Positions 27,101-40,439 of a DNA stretch of 64,000 bases are shown here, in pieces (the first letter of the stretch is position 1; each line of letters begins with the position of its first letter). The notes under the pieces are model-generated. The model had not been told where the DNA came from. It saw only the letters and a list, made by a program, of their open reading frames with translations, and ran no database searches. Location: positions 62,870,001 to 62,934,000 of the forward strand of contig CM052817.1 in the NCBI GenBank assembly GCA_028534125.1, written 5' to 3'. Source of the DNA: Lama glama. Its lineage: Eukaryota. A program made the translations under genes and the position numbers.

Positions 27101-27786
27101 TATCCCCTAGGTAAATGTAACGGCTTCATTACTTTAATTGAAGTAGAGAAGGAATGAGCACCATACAGAATGTGCCTTTTCATCAAAATGTGGATACTAT
27201 TTCATTTGTTTGAAGGATGTTTATATTTATTTGGAAGGAAACTGTTATAACAGCTATTGTTGCTTAGAAACGTAAGGATAGAAGTAGGTTACTGAGTAGA
27301 AATTGTTGGACTGTAATAGGTACACAATATTGACTTGATGATGATTTGTCCTGTCTTCTATGAAAATTCTTATACAAAAGGGGCTCGAAAACTTAAAAAG
27401 TCAACTCTAATCTTTGAACCTAGAATTTCAAAAGTGATCTAGGTATTGCAAGTAAAGACTTAAGCAAAACTTGCATTTAGAGTTAAATTATGTGAGGAAA
27501 AGGGCAGGATTGAGGCATCCATTTTGCAGGTGAGAATTATGGCAGAGGTACCATGGAGCTGTAGCAGTGACTTCTTGATGCTCAGTGTAGCTTTCTTACC
27601 CATCATAGAAGGAACAGCAGCTTTCCTGGCAGCCTAACTCTGGAGCATATCCTGAAAGATCAGGCTAGAGACTGTTTTTTCAAACATTCCAAACTTCTGT
27701 AAGCATTTAATGCTCAATAACAAATCCCTTTCTGCTGACATAAAATAGAGTGGATTCTCTTCTCTTTAACTGAACTCTGAATTATA
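24142..27786 (+). mobile_element. Degenerate ERVL provirus: 5' LTR (24142-24643), internal gag/pol/dUTPase remnants, 3' LTR (27312-27786); LTR33/LTR41-like
   Basis: The two LTRs share collinear motifs. The internal part has 'cagaggccaagtgg' (ERVL gag-like), an RNase H-like stretch near 25570-25630, and GHFGLLMLLDRQHKQG at about 26639-26686 (ERVL dUTPase-like). Confidence 0.8.
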
Positions 27787-27974
27787 TCATAAACTGAATG
27801 TTAAGACTAAGTAATCTCAACCCAGAAAAAAAAAGATGTATAGAATTAATGATGTTGTTAATTAAAATGTTTTCAAAGAACCACAATGTAACCTTATACT
27901 GAACTTTAAAAACTGCTGACATTGTCTTTTTTATGACTAACAGAAAACCCACCATGAATAAAATAATGACATTC

Positions 27975-28135
27975 ATGGGATGAGAGCTATTATTTTTTGA
28001 GTTCTGCCTCTGTGCCAAGCATGAAACAAGACACATAAATAGTATGAGATAGGAATAACTGTCCTTGTTTTATGGATAAGAAATCTCAAAGTCAAAGAGC
28101 TTAAATAGAGTTCAAAAGTCACATAGCAAGAAAGG
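27975..28135 (-). mobile_element. MIR fragment
   Basis: 'ctctgtgccaagc...ttttatggataagaaatc...aaagtcacatagc'. Confidence 0.65.
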
Positions 28136-31100
28136 TAGACTTACTACAATGTAGGTCTATTTGTTTCTTGTCTCTCAACTTCATGGTCTTCCCTTGCATC
28201 ACAATTTTTTTTTCTTTCTTCCATTCCCGCCATGTGCCACTACTATGTTTTTAAACCTACAGATTAGAAATTGTGAACTCTTAAAACAGACCTGGCAGAG
28301 CCAGGCTTTTACTTTTAGTTTCTACCATCCAATGTTCTCATTATATTCACCTCCATTTAAAAACATCCCAATAAAATAAGACTTAAAAATATACATACAA
28401 AAACAAAATCACAATGTTTATAAAGCCTATGGGGATGTCCTGTACTTCAGGAAGTTTGTATAAATCTATACTTACAATATTGAGTGGAATTTCAATGCTT
28501 TGCGTGACAGATTATAGTTCTGTGATAACCTGCAGATATGTTTTATTTCTTTTTTTTTCTAGTTTGGGAGGAACTAAACAAAGTGTCTTCTGCCTCAGGT
28601 TTATACAAGTAAGAGGTAACTTCGTTCAGCCTCTGGCTGGTTAAAGTCCATTTTCCAGTATCTTTCAGACCCTTTACATCCATCCATAGCCTGCTCTTCT
28701 CCCCTACTCATACCCATTTGTCAGACAAAGCGACATTGTTTCCCTGAATCCAGCTTTTGTTTGCCTGCTTCTGAACTTCTGAGCTTTTACTAAGGCTTTT
28801 CATCATTATCCACTTTTTTCTGCCCATTCAAACAATATCCATACTACAGAAAAGCTAACATTATTTCTATATCTGAAATCATAAAGAATTTCCATTTGCC
28901 ATTTATTTGTCATTGGGTCATATATAGTATCTTTGGCATGTGTTCATGTCTAAATTTACATAGTCTATTGCCAAAAAAGCTTTTCAAACCAGAGAGTGTT
29001 TTATTCATTCACCCTTTTAGGCTATTAAACAGCAATCAAGTGATCAAACCAAGCTTAGAAAAATCAAATGTATAAAAAAACACATTCAGAGATGTTTTTC
29101 TGGATCTCCTTGGCATCAGCATTATGCGACACTATGAAACTTTAGATAGTTCAGGCTTAATAAATCAGTATTTGTGATCAACTTGAAGTTTTTCAAATAT
29201 GGTATTTTCAACTCTGATCACAGAGAAACATGTAAAATGTGCCTTAGTAAGAAAAAAGAAGTATTAAAAGTAATATGCCAACAAAATAATTTCACCTATA
29301 GTCCTATTTCAATTAGAATTTGAAAAACAAATGAAAGAGGAGAGACCACCTTAGCTCATTCTCTACCAATCTGGGAATAACTCCTACCGATGAGAACCTT
29401 ATCTGAGATTTTGTCTTAAACACTAGCATGAATAATGTATAAATTGCATCACTGAACAGATCATTCTTACTTAGAGAGCATTATGTGCTTTATACTTCTC
29501 TGTGGGGGAAAATGAACATATAGCACTATATTACAGAATAATATAATTTCAGAGTAGGAAAGGACATTAGAGGACATCTAATTCAGAAGCTCATCAAAAC
29601 TAAGTTAGAAGTAAGACTATCATCAACATTTAGTGAGCACCCACCAGTCTTTATTAGACTCTATGGGAAAATGCAAAAGAAACAGGAGACATAGTTTTTG
29701 TCCTCCAGATACTACTTCTTGGAAAATATTTAATTTATAATCATATCTTTTATGTCTTTGTCTTGCTACATTTCCTAAGTTGTAATAAAAATGATTTGAA
29801 AGCCATTTTAATGTAAAGTTATTATAATATTTATCATTTATCAGAATTCAAAGGCTGTAACATACAAAAGTTCTTAAATATAAGGTTATATTTTAAAGTA
29901 TGCTTCATGCAAATGAACATAGTTTTTATATCCTTTCCAATAACCTTAATAATGTGTGTTTTCAAATGGAAGCAACCACTTCCAAAGAGCTCTTTCTATA
30001 TTACTTGTCAATCATAAAGACGTGCCACTTTCGTATGTATTGCAAAAGTGAAATATTATTGAATTAATGGCTAAGTCTTACAATCCATTCAGAAACTTTT
30101 TAAAATAGTGCTAATTTTTAAAATGATTTATCATTAATGGAAAGGACATCTGTATTTTAGGAACACACAAGTCATTTCATGAAGTCAACCTTATAGTCTA
30201 AAAAAGAAAATAAAGCAATAAAATGAAAATTAGTGTATTTATTTAAATATATGCATATGTGTGCATAAAAATGCACATACACATGTCTATAGGTATATGT
30301 ACACATATATATGTATATATGTGTATTTATACCCTATAGTGATCTGACTCTTTCTTATTATAGTTCTTATATGACATTATAAAATTACACTTATTTGTCT
30401 GTATTTTTCTCTAATTTATAAGCATTTTCAGAATAAGGAACATCCTTGTCCTGTAACTCATTCTAAATTAAATAATTTAATTATATAATTTTACTCATAA
30501 GTTTTAAAATTAAACACTACAAATGAGTATATGAAACTATTATTTGAGGCAGCAAAACTTAAGTATGTGGACATGATTACATAGATATTAAAATATTTGG
30601 TAAAATAAAATAAAAATTATTGCATAATAAAAAATATTTATAAAAATAGAACCACTGAGAGTTAATGAAGCAGCTTTATGCATAAAAAAATGTTGGTTCT
30701 CAGTGCAAATCACAGCAATAGATGCTGTGACTGTAAAAATATTTACAAGAGGATTGAGGAGGAAATGACACTTGAGGTGGGGGGTCATGAGAGTAAAAAT
30801 AAAAATAACAACTAAAAGGAAGTAGTTTGATGATTTTTAATTCAAGAGAACTTTTGACCAAAGTAAAGGTTAACCTTAATGTCTCCGTCAAAATGAGTAG
30901 AGGATCTGAGCTGGGGTTTAAAAAGTGGCATATTGAAACAAAATTAAATTTAAGAGTTAGTATCTAAGGATAAAGTAGATGCTTACATCAACTAAAGGTG
31001 AGAGACTATATGGATTTATCAGAATCTTCAGGGTTAGTTCTCCAGGGTCGAATAATGCTCCCCATTCCTATTTTTGCTGACCTCCGTGTATGGGCCTGCC

Positions 31101-31847
31101 ATACACTCTCCAAGTTAGAAAGTAGCAATCTCTCTATTAATGACAGTTTCTCCCTTTATGGAACATCTCCAGGTATAATGCTCTACAAGCTTAAAAAGTT
31201 AATGACTTATCAATGTCAACCATCTTTTGCAATAATTCACGTTCATTTTCTCTCACTTGTGCTCTACAAGTAAATTCAGTAGATAATATCACCATAAATT
31301 TGCACATTCATTTATTCATTAATGTATTATTTTACTCCACAAATATTTATTAAGTATCTGTTCTATGTCAGATTTCTGAAGTAGTCACTTACCTCCCTGA
31401 AGGACCCTCTTAGATTTTCAGGTGCTTTCTGACTGAGTTTACACCATTGTGGCTTTTCATTCACTTGCAGTAAGATAGTTTAATTTTAAAATTTGCACAG
31501 TATTTTATAGTTAAAAGCACCACCACATAATCTGTTATTCTTAACCTAACAGAGGTAGTTAAGCAGACATTACAACTGTCTAATTTTCATAGGGGAACCC
31601 AATGCTTCAAAATGAATGACCTATTTTCCCCCATGAAGTTGTCTTCTGTTTTTCCTGCTACATATTATGTCATCACATTTACTCCATTTTTCAAGCAAAA
31701 AATCCTCAGTCATTTTTGTCTGTTCCACCTCTCATTTGTAATCCACTTGCAACAATGAATTGCCAGTAGTTACTTTTTCTCTCAATTCTTGCTTCTTCAG
31801 CCTCATTTTCTTAGTATCCTCTTAAATTTTCTCTGGACAGTTCACCC

Positions 31848-32375
31848 TGTTAGGCAGTTAGATAGAAATGACCACTGGGCAAGGGGAGAGGAACAAGGAT
31901 GGAACAACCCAGAAAATAAGAATATGCCTGCACAGTAGAGAGAAGGACCCAACTTAAATTGACCCAATGCTTATTATAATGTAATTACCATTGCAGTTTG
32001 AGCTCCCTTCATATGTTTCTCCTTGTGCATCATGGGTAAAAACATGCATAAAAGAGATGGGTGTGCATAAGCACAAGGAATGTGAGCTGTCAATCAGCGA
32101 GAGCACTCAAAGAATGTGAGCCAGCAATCAATCAATCACAAAAATGCCCCCTAAGCCAGGATATAAAAACAGGAAAAACAAGAGTGGTGCCATTTTTCCT
32201 CTCTTGGATTGGCCTGCCCTCAATTCTAGGGGGCGAACTATATTTTACTACCTTTTTATTTCACTAATAAAATCTTCTGTTTATATCACGCTTTCTGCTT
32301 TCCATTAGAAATTCATTTTTTTTTTCGGGTGACTAAGAACCAAAGTAACTTTTATTCCTCCTCCTCCCGGTAACA
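31848..32375 (+). mobile_element. ERV1-type solo LTR (528 bp)
   Basis: TGTTA...TAACA termini, TATAAAA near 32162, AATAAA near 32266, and 4-bp flanks accc / actc. Confidence 0.85.
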
Positions 32376-32479
32376 ACTCCAGCTCAGTGGCAGAGAGTAG
32401 GTGCTCATTAATCAATTAATGTTCTGGTTTTTTGCCTTGGTGCTTTTCTACAGTTGTATGATAATGCATTTACTCAAAG

Positions 32480-32670
32480 ATGTTCCGGTGTAGTGGTTAT
32501 GAAAGTGAAATCTGCCTTCATGCCCATGTTATTATATGTGATCCCCTGTAGCCACTCACGTACCAAGTAGTAATAACAAAACTTACCTCAGGCAAGTGTT
32601 GGAGGATTAAATGCGTTAATGCACATAAAGTATTTTCCTCAGTACCTGCTGCATGTTAAATGAGCTAAAA
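32480..32670 (+). mobile_element. MIR SINE
   Basis: 'ggtgtagtggtta...acttacctca...gaggattaaatgcgttaatgcacataaag'. Confidence 0.75.
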
Positions 32671-32689
32671 CAGTCAACATTCTTGTGAC

Positions 32690-32950
32690 ATTCTCTGCAG
32701 TGTCCATTTTGCTTTTTCAATCTCGGAAATGCCTACTTAGCCTTAAAGTCTGAGCTCAGTTGCTACTGTCTTCATGAGGCCTCTGCTAAGCCTTTTAGGG
32801 AGCTGCACCTTTTTGCACACATGAGTATTGCCACTTTTCTCACATTACTGAAATTATGTGTTCGGACATCTTTTTCCCCCACAAGACTATGAACTTCTCT
32901 GAGAGGAGTGATCTTGTCAGAATCACTTTTGAATTCCTAGGGCCTAATGA
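32690..32950 (+). mobile_element. L2 3' fragment
   Basis: 'cacaagactatgaacttctctgagaggagtgatcttgtc...ttcctagggcctaa'. Confidence 0.6.
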
Positions 32951-35165
32951 GTCCCGCATTTTAAAAGACAGAAAGAGTATTAGATAAAATGATTTCCTAC
33001 TACTGTAACACTAGTACATGGCATTTAAGTTTTTAGTCCTCTGTAAATAAAACAATAAACTGAAAATGACAAAAGTTACATTTTGAAGGAAAACCAACTT
33101 GCATCAAGGTTATTAAAATGCCTTTTTAAGGTCTCTAAGCCCCAGATGTTAATGGGAATAGAAGCAATTTCACTTCCAAATTGTGAAAAAACTCTTGCTA
33201 GTCTATCAGTTAAGGTGCATGCTACTTTGAAAGTACCCCTCTTTGTCAGAAGCCTTTATACTTCTTTACTGAACGGCTTGCATCTCTGGGCACTTAGCTC
33301 TTGGCTTGCTCGGAAGCTGACGACATCAACAAAACCAGTTTTCCTTTCAATTGAATGAACAGGTACTTGGCTTATCGAAACAGGCTGAACCGCTCACTAC
33401 AAGGCTTGATTCGGCCAGGCCCTGCCTCTCAGCTGCACCTGATTCCCACTGAAAATAAAAATCACAAGCACAAAAGTGGTAGCTCCATTTCCCTCTATAT
33501 TCTCATAACTTTTTGAGTCCAAAGAAGAGAAAAAGTCATCTGAAAGTCAGAAAGAATAAACTACTGTTCTCCCTGTGTATCTCCTCTCTGCCTTCTAGCT
33601 CCTCCCTGGTTTCTTATTGATTCCATTTTCTATACAGTGTGGTTTTTCATTTGTGATCTGGCTGTTTCAATACACTGGGGCCTGGAAAATTGTGATTTTC
33701 CAAATAAGACTGAAGTATAAAACTATGCAGGGATATAGAAAAAAAAATAGCTAATTTATAATCTCCTATTCTATGCCACATGATCATGTATATTGTCTTA
33801 GTCATTTTACCACAGCCCTTGAAGGCTATTTTTTGCCAGACGAAAATCAGACATTCAGAAAATTTAGAAAATGTCCCAATGCATATAGCTAGGCTGGTAC
33901 AAAGGTAGGATGTGTGCCCTGGCCAGTTTGATTTCTGTGTCTGTCTTTTTTTCTCTACGTTCTACTCTTTACAGCATCAGGACTTCAGCCAGAACAAGGC
34001 CATCATATAAGAGCAATTCTAGGCAAAAGGAGCCCATAGTGCACTTATGTAGAAAAGCTATGCCTTCCTTCCTCACCATTTTAACAAAATAAGTGAGAGA
34101 CATTTGAGAATAATCCAATGTGGAACTTTATAGAATGTGTTTTTCTACTTCTGTAAGCTTTATTTCTTTGTGTTAATAAAACTCAGCTTGAATCACTTTG
34201 CACAACACATGTTCTACTGGAATATCCAATACAGTGTAAGCTTAAGCAATTAGAAATGTGCCTACTGTGAAAGATAACTTGGTTCTATGCGTCCTGTCAA
34301 CTATAGTTTTCAACAGCTACCCTAAACCAATATCCCAAACCAGTCACACCTGTTCACTTTTCTTATATAAATTATGCCACCTTAGTTCTTTCCAGCATTC
34401 TGTGTGTTCTCCTTTAGTGGTTTTTATAACTCCTCTCTTAAACTCAATGCATATTCTCTCGAATCCTTTTAAAATGTATTGATTAGGACTAACAATTTAA
34501 AAATAGTCTGACTTGGAATACGAAAAGCAATTTCCCAATTCTTCTGTTTGATAACCAATGAATACCCCAAATTAATGACATTTTTTAATTTTGCGTGAAA
34601 CTCAAATGTTCTGTGTACCTTTAAAGGGGGTAAGAATGAGGCCTGGGAGAAGATGCGCATCATTAGTCCTCTTATTGCTCAGTTGGAGCCTTTGAGGGCG
34701 TATACCCTGTGTGGAGGCGGAATGATCCACACACTTCCAGCTGGGCCATGAACTAGCTAGCTAAGAACACCCGTGGTTCTCTGTCCCCTAAATTTTGTTC
34801 CAACATAATAAATTCATTCCATCTCTAGTGAACCATGATAAGGAGATGTCTTATTTTCTACTTTTCTGACCTACCCATCATTCCAGAACTTTTCATTATA
34901 ATTGGTTATTTTTTATTAAGTGTATTAATTTTAACTTGTCTTAATTGAATCTATTTTTGGGATTTAACTAAGGTAATATTCTTGATTTTTAAAACTATAT
35001 GTTTACTCTCATTTCAAAGTAATGTATGATTATTATAATTTTTTTAAATTAGAAATATTTTTACTGAAAAATGAGTATCTGCCATCAATCTCCCTGAAAC
35101 ACATTTCCAGATGTAACCATAAAAAGTTTTTATACTCCTTCTGGATATTTTCCCATAAATAATCA

Positions 35166-35235
35166 CATATACATATATATGTATATCTGTACATATACAC
35201 ACACACACACACACATGTGTATGTATGTATTTATA
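35166..35235. repeat. (TA)/(CA)/(TG) compound microsatellite
   Basis: Read directly from the sequence. Confidence 0.85.
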
Positions 35236-35284
35236 CAAATATGGTATCTACCATTTGTTGAACCCTTAGTATATCTTAGGAATC

Positions 35285-35530
35285 ACAGTATATCAAAGCA
35301 GTTATGGCTCAGGCTGTGAAACTGGATAGACTGAATTCAAGTCCCGATTCACCCTATACTAGCTATATGTCTTGGCCAGTTATTTAGCTGTTTTGTGCTT
35401 TAGTTTCCTCATCTATAAAATAGGGATAATAACAATGTCTACCTTCTAGGGCCACAGTGAAACTATGATGAAGAATACATGTAAAACATTTAGAATGATG
35501 CCTACCGTTCAGTAAGCATTAGGTATGATG
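35285..35530 (+). mobile_element. MIR SINE, near full length
   Basis: 'gactgaattcaagtccc...tactagctatatgtcttggccagttattta...agtttcctcatctataaaatagggataataac'. Confidence 0.9.
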
Positions 35531-35744
35531 ACTTTTCTTTCATTTAAGGTTGTTAAGGTAGTAATCCTCCTAAAGAAGGAACTATTTTTATATATATTTG
35601 GTGACAAGGAATTTGAGTTTAGAGAGTCTAAGAAATTCCCCAAGGTTACATAATAGTGATGCCATGAGTGGTTAGTGTAGGGAAACTGGCTACATGCCCA
35701 CGCTGTAACTTCTATACTGCCCAAACTGCATTAAAGAGCGCTCT

Positions 35745-35796
35745 ACCATACTCTAGCTACACTCAGTTAAACCATACTCTAGCTACACTCAGTTAA
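35745..35796. repeat. Perfect 26-bp tandem duplication
   Basis: accatactctagctacactcagttaa occurs twice, head to tail. Confidence 0.95.
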
Positions 35797-36404
35797 TGAG
35801 TGCTCTGTTACTTAACATTTCACTTAAAATATAATAAAAGAACAGCTAATTTATATAGACTATTAATTATGTGCTAGATGCTTTACATGTGATATCTTAT
35901 TAAAAGACAATTTTAAAAATGAAGAAAATGAGATGTAGGTTTACATAGGTTAACTACTTTTTTCATCAACATGCAGTAAATAAGAGGCCGAACCTGCAAA
36001 AGAACTCAGTTTTGCCAACACGAATGTAAGTGCACTTAAGCTCTTTGATTTACATCCACCATATGTTAGGCATATTTCTATGTAAGAGCAAATGAATCTA
36101 CTTAATATTGTATCATTGTATATATGAATATTTTATGACTGGTTTGACCCATTCCCATATTGATGCCTATTTAGCATTTCTGCAATTAAATAACAATGCT
36201 AAATAATTATAATAATAACAATCATTTATGTATTTTTTTCAAATTTTGCATGATTATTTCTGCAGGAAACAGAATGTCTGAGTTTAAAAAAATTAGAGAT
36301 TTACACAATTTTGTCCTATAAATAGTTGTACAGTTTTTCTCATACATCGATAGTGTATAAATGCCTTAAGAATACATTACTATGGAAGTAATGTTTTTTT
36401 TTTT

Positions 36405-38930
36405 TTTTTAGGTTGGGTTCCCCAGATGTGGAGTCAGAAACAAGGTCATGTGATATGCTGAGGGAGTGCTTTCAAGAGAAAGAGAATGAAGAAGCATTAT
36501 AGAACAGGGAGAGCTCGTATGGAAGGATAGGGCCCCAGGTTTAGCATCAGTCTGCTCCCAAGAGGGACTCTAGATCTTGAATGATAGTCAGTCACTGAAT
36601 ATAGACTGTGTCCCTACAGGGTGAGTGATACAAAGGGTCTTCTTTGGCTGGGGTTATTCTTTGGGGAATAAAAGAATTTTGAGCCTTAGTAACTTTACCT
36701 CTGTGCAGGTGGGGTATGGCAACACTGGCTGGAAAAGGGAAACTAGGTCACCAGTAAAATATACTGTACTTCACACTTCACAAAGCACAGACCCAATTAT
36801 ATTTAACACTAAATTTACTGAAGCTAGGTACAGCTTTTTTTTTTTTAATTTTGATTGGTCACAATTTCTGAGAAAACTTACAAGAGGAGAGAGTGGGACA
36901 AGTTGTGGGCAAACTATAATTCTCAATGCTACAGTTGGTCTGGAGACAGTAATTGATACTCATCATCTCTCTCCTCCAAAATGCATTCTAGATTGCCCTC
37001 CTCTTTGGCTAGCACTTCTGTGGGTCTTGGTGTCTTTCATGATGCATGATGCATACATGTCCATGGAGACCAAGACCACGGAGACTAAGTCTGTTTTGAT
37101 GATGCCCTTATCAAGTCTTTGTTGCTGTTCTTGTCCATTTGTGGTTTCAGTTCAGTTTGGGAGTATCATGAGATATGCAGGAAGATTACCAGAGTTCTAA
37201 ACATTGCTCCTTGCCACATTATGTGGTGGCAGCCTACCTCTCCTTGATGATAAGGAAACTGACCCCTTTGCTGATCTACTGATCTACTGTTTGCTGACTA
37301 CTGGAGCAAGGAATCCAGCCAGACCAGGGGCAGTAATAGCTTACAGACACTCCTACTTGTATCCTGTTAGAAATGTCCCACCCTGTGGGACTTGGGACTT
37401 AGACATTGAGTCTAGTGAGAAGAAGCACAAATCCCCCAAACAGAACACTGTAAGTGATGGTAAGCAAGGCCACTCGTTTATAACTTACTGGTCCCTTAAC
37501 CCATTCAGTCTACCTACTGGGCACACATCATCAAATAGTGGCTATTGGTTTAAGGTGTATATTGCATCCTGGAAGATACTATCCCCATTTTCACTAGCTG
37601 TCATCTTCAAGCTAGTGTCTTAGCTCTGACTTCCAAGGTTTAGTCTACTACTTTATCAGGGTAGCAATTTCAGGATAGTTTGGTATGTGATAAGATCTAT
37701 GAATACTACAATAATGCATCTACCACTGACTGTACTTCTTTGTTATATAACAATCCCTTAGTCCAAGAAAATGCTGTATGTATTCCTGTATCAGTATATT
37801 TCATATTCTGAGCCCCGAGTGGTGCTGCTGGAGCACATTAAACAAAAAAAGATAAATTCAAATCCAAAATATGGTCAATCCTAGTCAGACTGAATTCTGG
37901 CTAGTCCTTTTCAAAGTGTAGGGTCCAATGTAGTCAATTTACCACACAATGTTTGGTTAGTCTGTTTTTAAAGCTAGTACTGTATTTCAGACCCAGCACT
38001 GAACTCTGTTGCAGATGGTTTGGACATTCAGCCATGGAAGTAGTAAGACAAACCTCAATAGGGTACCATGTTCTTGCTCCAATGTACAGTCCCCATCTCG
38101 GCCATCATCTGCTGTCTACTTATGAGTCTACTGTCTGAACACTTTGATGGCCAAGGACAGAAATTGGCTGAAATCTACTGGCCACCTCATCCTGTTCACT
38201 TAGTTGTTTAGAAGCCCTTCGGTAGTGGATGCTCTCTGGTAGGCACTACATGATCCTCACATTTTGTGTCCACTTCCTTAGATTCAAACACAAGCTTCTC
38301 CCCTAAACTAAAAAGATCTCTTAATCATAGTTGTTCCAGACTCTACCCAATTAGCTAGTTCATTCTCCTGCCTATAAATACAGGCATACTTTTATCTCAT
38401 GCCACAACTTCAACTACACAAACCAGACGATAAGTTACACAACTCAAAGCTATACCTGTTAGGAGGATTTACTCTCCAAGCTCTCTTTTCAGACCACCCC
38501 TGGGTGAGGAGAAAATGTAGTAATAGAACTTTCAACTTACAACCACATGTTGGCTTGACTTATCCTTGAATTAAGCTCAAATTATTTTTATTCTCTATCA
38601 GCTGGTTCCCACTAGCTTGGGTATGAGCTGATAGGAGTCAGTGCAACATGGATTGGTAACATGAGGATATGGTATACCTGCTCATACAGCTTACTGAGAT
38701 CTTTGGACATGCCTGATTCTAGTCCTGGATGTGCCATTTCCACTTTTACTATGGGTTCCTGCTGAGCCTATCTGATTTTATTATTTGGTGGTCTGATTGG
38801 ACCCAGAACATGACTGGTATTTCTGGCCACTTGGTGTGATATACTTTGCCTTTACCAAGGCACAGAAGCAAAATGAGAGGTATTTTTTAAATTGTATCAG
38901 AGAGAAGTCTAACTGCTTGGTGTCATTTGG
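36405..38930 (-). mobile_element. ERVL remnant: LTR16-like 3' LTR (about 36405-36768) plus internal pol/dUTPase region (ERV3-16A3-int-like)
   Basis: 'ttaggttgggttcccc' is the antisense LTR16 terminus. The minus strand near 37150-37400 resembles a decayed ERVL dUTPase ('ggctgccaccacataatgtggcaaggag'). Confidence 0.75.
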
Positions 38931-38994
38931 AAAAGAATGAAATGCTGAGTGTTGAGACAATTTTATATCAAAACATCAGAGAAGTTCCCCCCCC

Positions 38995-39029
<35 letters not shown>

Positions 39030-39038
39030 TACACACAT
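38995..39038. repeat. (AT)n(AC)n microsatellite
   Basis: Read directly from the sequence. Confidence 0.95.
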
Positions 39039-39994
39039 GTATCTATTTTTGCAACAACAAAATGTATATTCACAGACATTTTTATTGAACTGAAATTGAA
39101 GCAGTAATGGACCTTAGAAACATTTAACATTTTTATGGAATGAGGGACAATAAATAGAAATAAATTAATTCAATAAATCATTATTTTAAGATCAATATTA
39201 TACTGGAAAAGGAAAAGTGAGATTGCAATGTAAAACCTAAAGTATAAATTGGTAAACGTTTTATAAGACATTAAAATGTAAGGTCACATTGCTTAGGTAC
39301 CCATGAAATAAAATGTAACTAAAATTAAGGACAACATTTCCTCTATTTTGGAAGAGAACACAACGAAGCTTCCACACTCTGGGGATCAAGAAAACCCAAT
39401 GCTACTCTGGTACACTGAGTGTTCCAGCACATCAGTATCGCCTTGCTCGCTATCACCAAGGAAGTACCACTGACATGCATCCACAGCAATAGCAAATAGT
39501 ACCAGGATGTTGGGGATCCACACACACTATCACTTATGACATGGCTATCAGTTTCAGGCAGCTGTGGTGATGTTACACTGTGGACTCTAGCACTGCAATA
39601 GCCCGGGTGGTATTACTGGTTTGGCATAACTCCTTTATTGGTCAGTCCTGTCCACAGTGGAAGGAGTTCAGGCCATCAACCTGCCACCAAAAAAAAAAAA
39701 GAAGGTTGGTCTCTTGGATTGATTGGTTGGCACCCCTTCCTATGCTTCTCCAATTTATTCTGTTCACGGGAACCAGAAAGTAAATATACTGAAATATAAA
39801 TTAAAACTGAAAGGTTCTTATTACTCTTAAAGTTAAAACTATGACCACTGTATACCTCTCAGGTTTTCCACATACAGCTCTAGCTCCAGCTTGTGGAAAG
39901 CAACTTATAAATCTCTGAGTTTATAATTCTCTCATCTCAGTTCATTTCAATTTACACAAATTGTCCTTTCTGGCAGGAAATCTCTTTTCAGGAA

Positions 39995-40170
39995 GTTCGT
40001 TCTAAGAATGGTAGGCTATGGAGTCAGGCAGAGATGGGTTTAGGAATGGGGTACACCTCTTACTACCTATGTTACCTTGCATAAGAAATTAACGCTATTG
40101 TAACCTCCTGTTCCTATCAGTAAAATGGAGACAGTAGTGATTACCACGTTGTATTAAATGATACAATCAT
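39995..40170 (+). mobile_element. MIR SINE
   Basis: 'ggagtcaggcaga...cttactacctatgttaccttgcataag...cagtaaaatggagacagtag'. Confidence 0.75.
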
Positions 40171-40439
40171 AATATATTAATAAAATCATATTAATTATTT
40201 GAATTTATATTATGATAAATTAGATACTAGCAATTTCTATAGTGATTGGTATGATTATGATATCTTACATTTTTGGAACATTTATTATATGAAAGTCATA
40301 CTAATTCTAAGATTCTATATGTATTATCTTATTTAAGTCTCAAAATAGTGAGTTATGAGTTAGTAAAAGTACAGCAAATATTAGTAATTGTTACTATCAT
40401 GCAATCCCTCTATACACCTCACACAATTTTATGTGGTTA

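Noticed and set aside
30245..30330. Self-complementary TA/TG/CA stretch
   Set aside because: Degenerate microsatellite; the symmetry is a trivial result of its composition.
36625..37623. Adjacent 191-aa and 139-aa plus-strand ORFs, the longest real-sequence pair
   Set aside because: They lie antisense over a decayed LTR16/ERVL remnant, start at GTG/TTG and show no recognisable domain.
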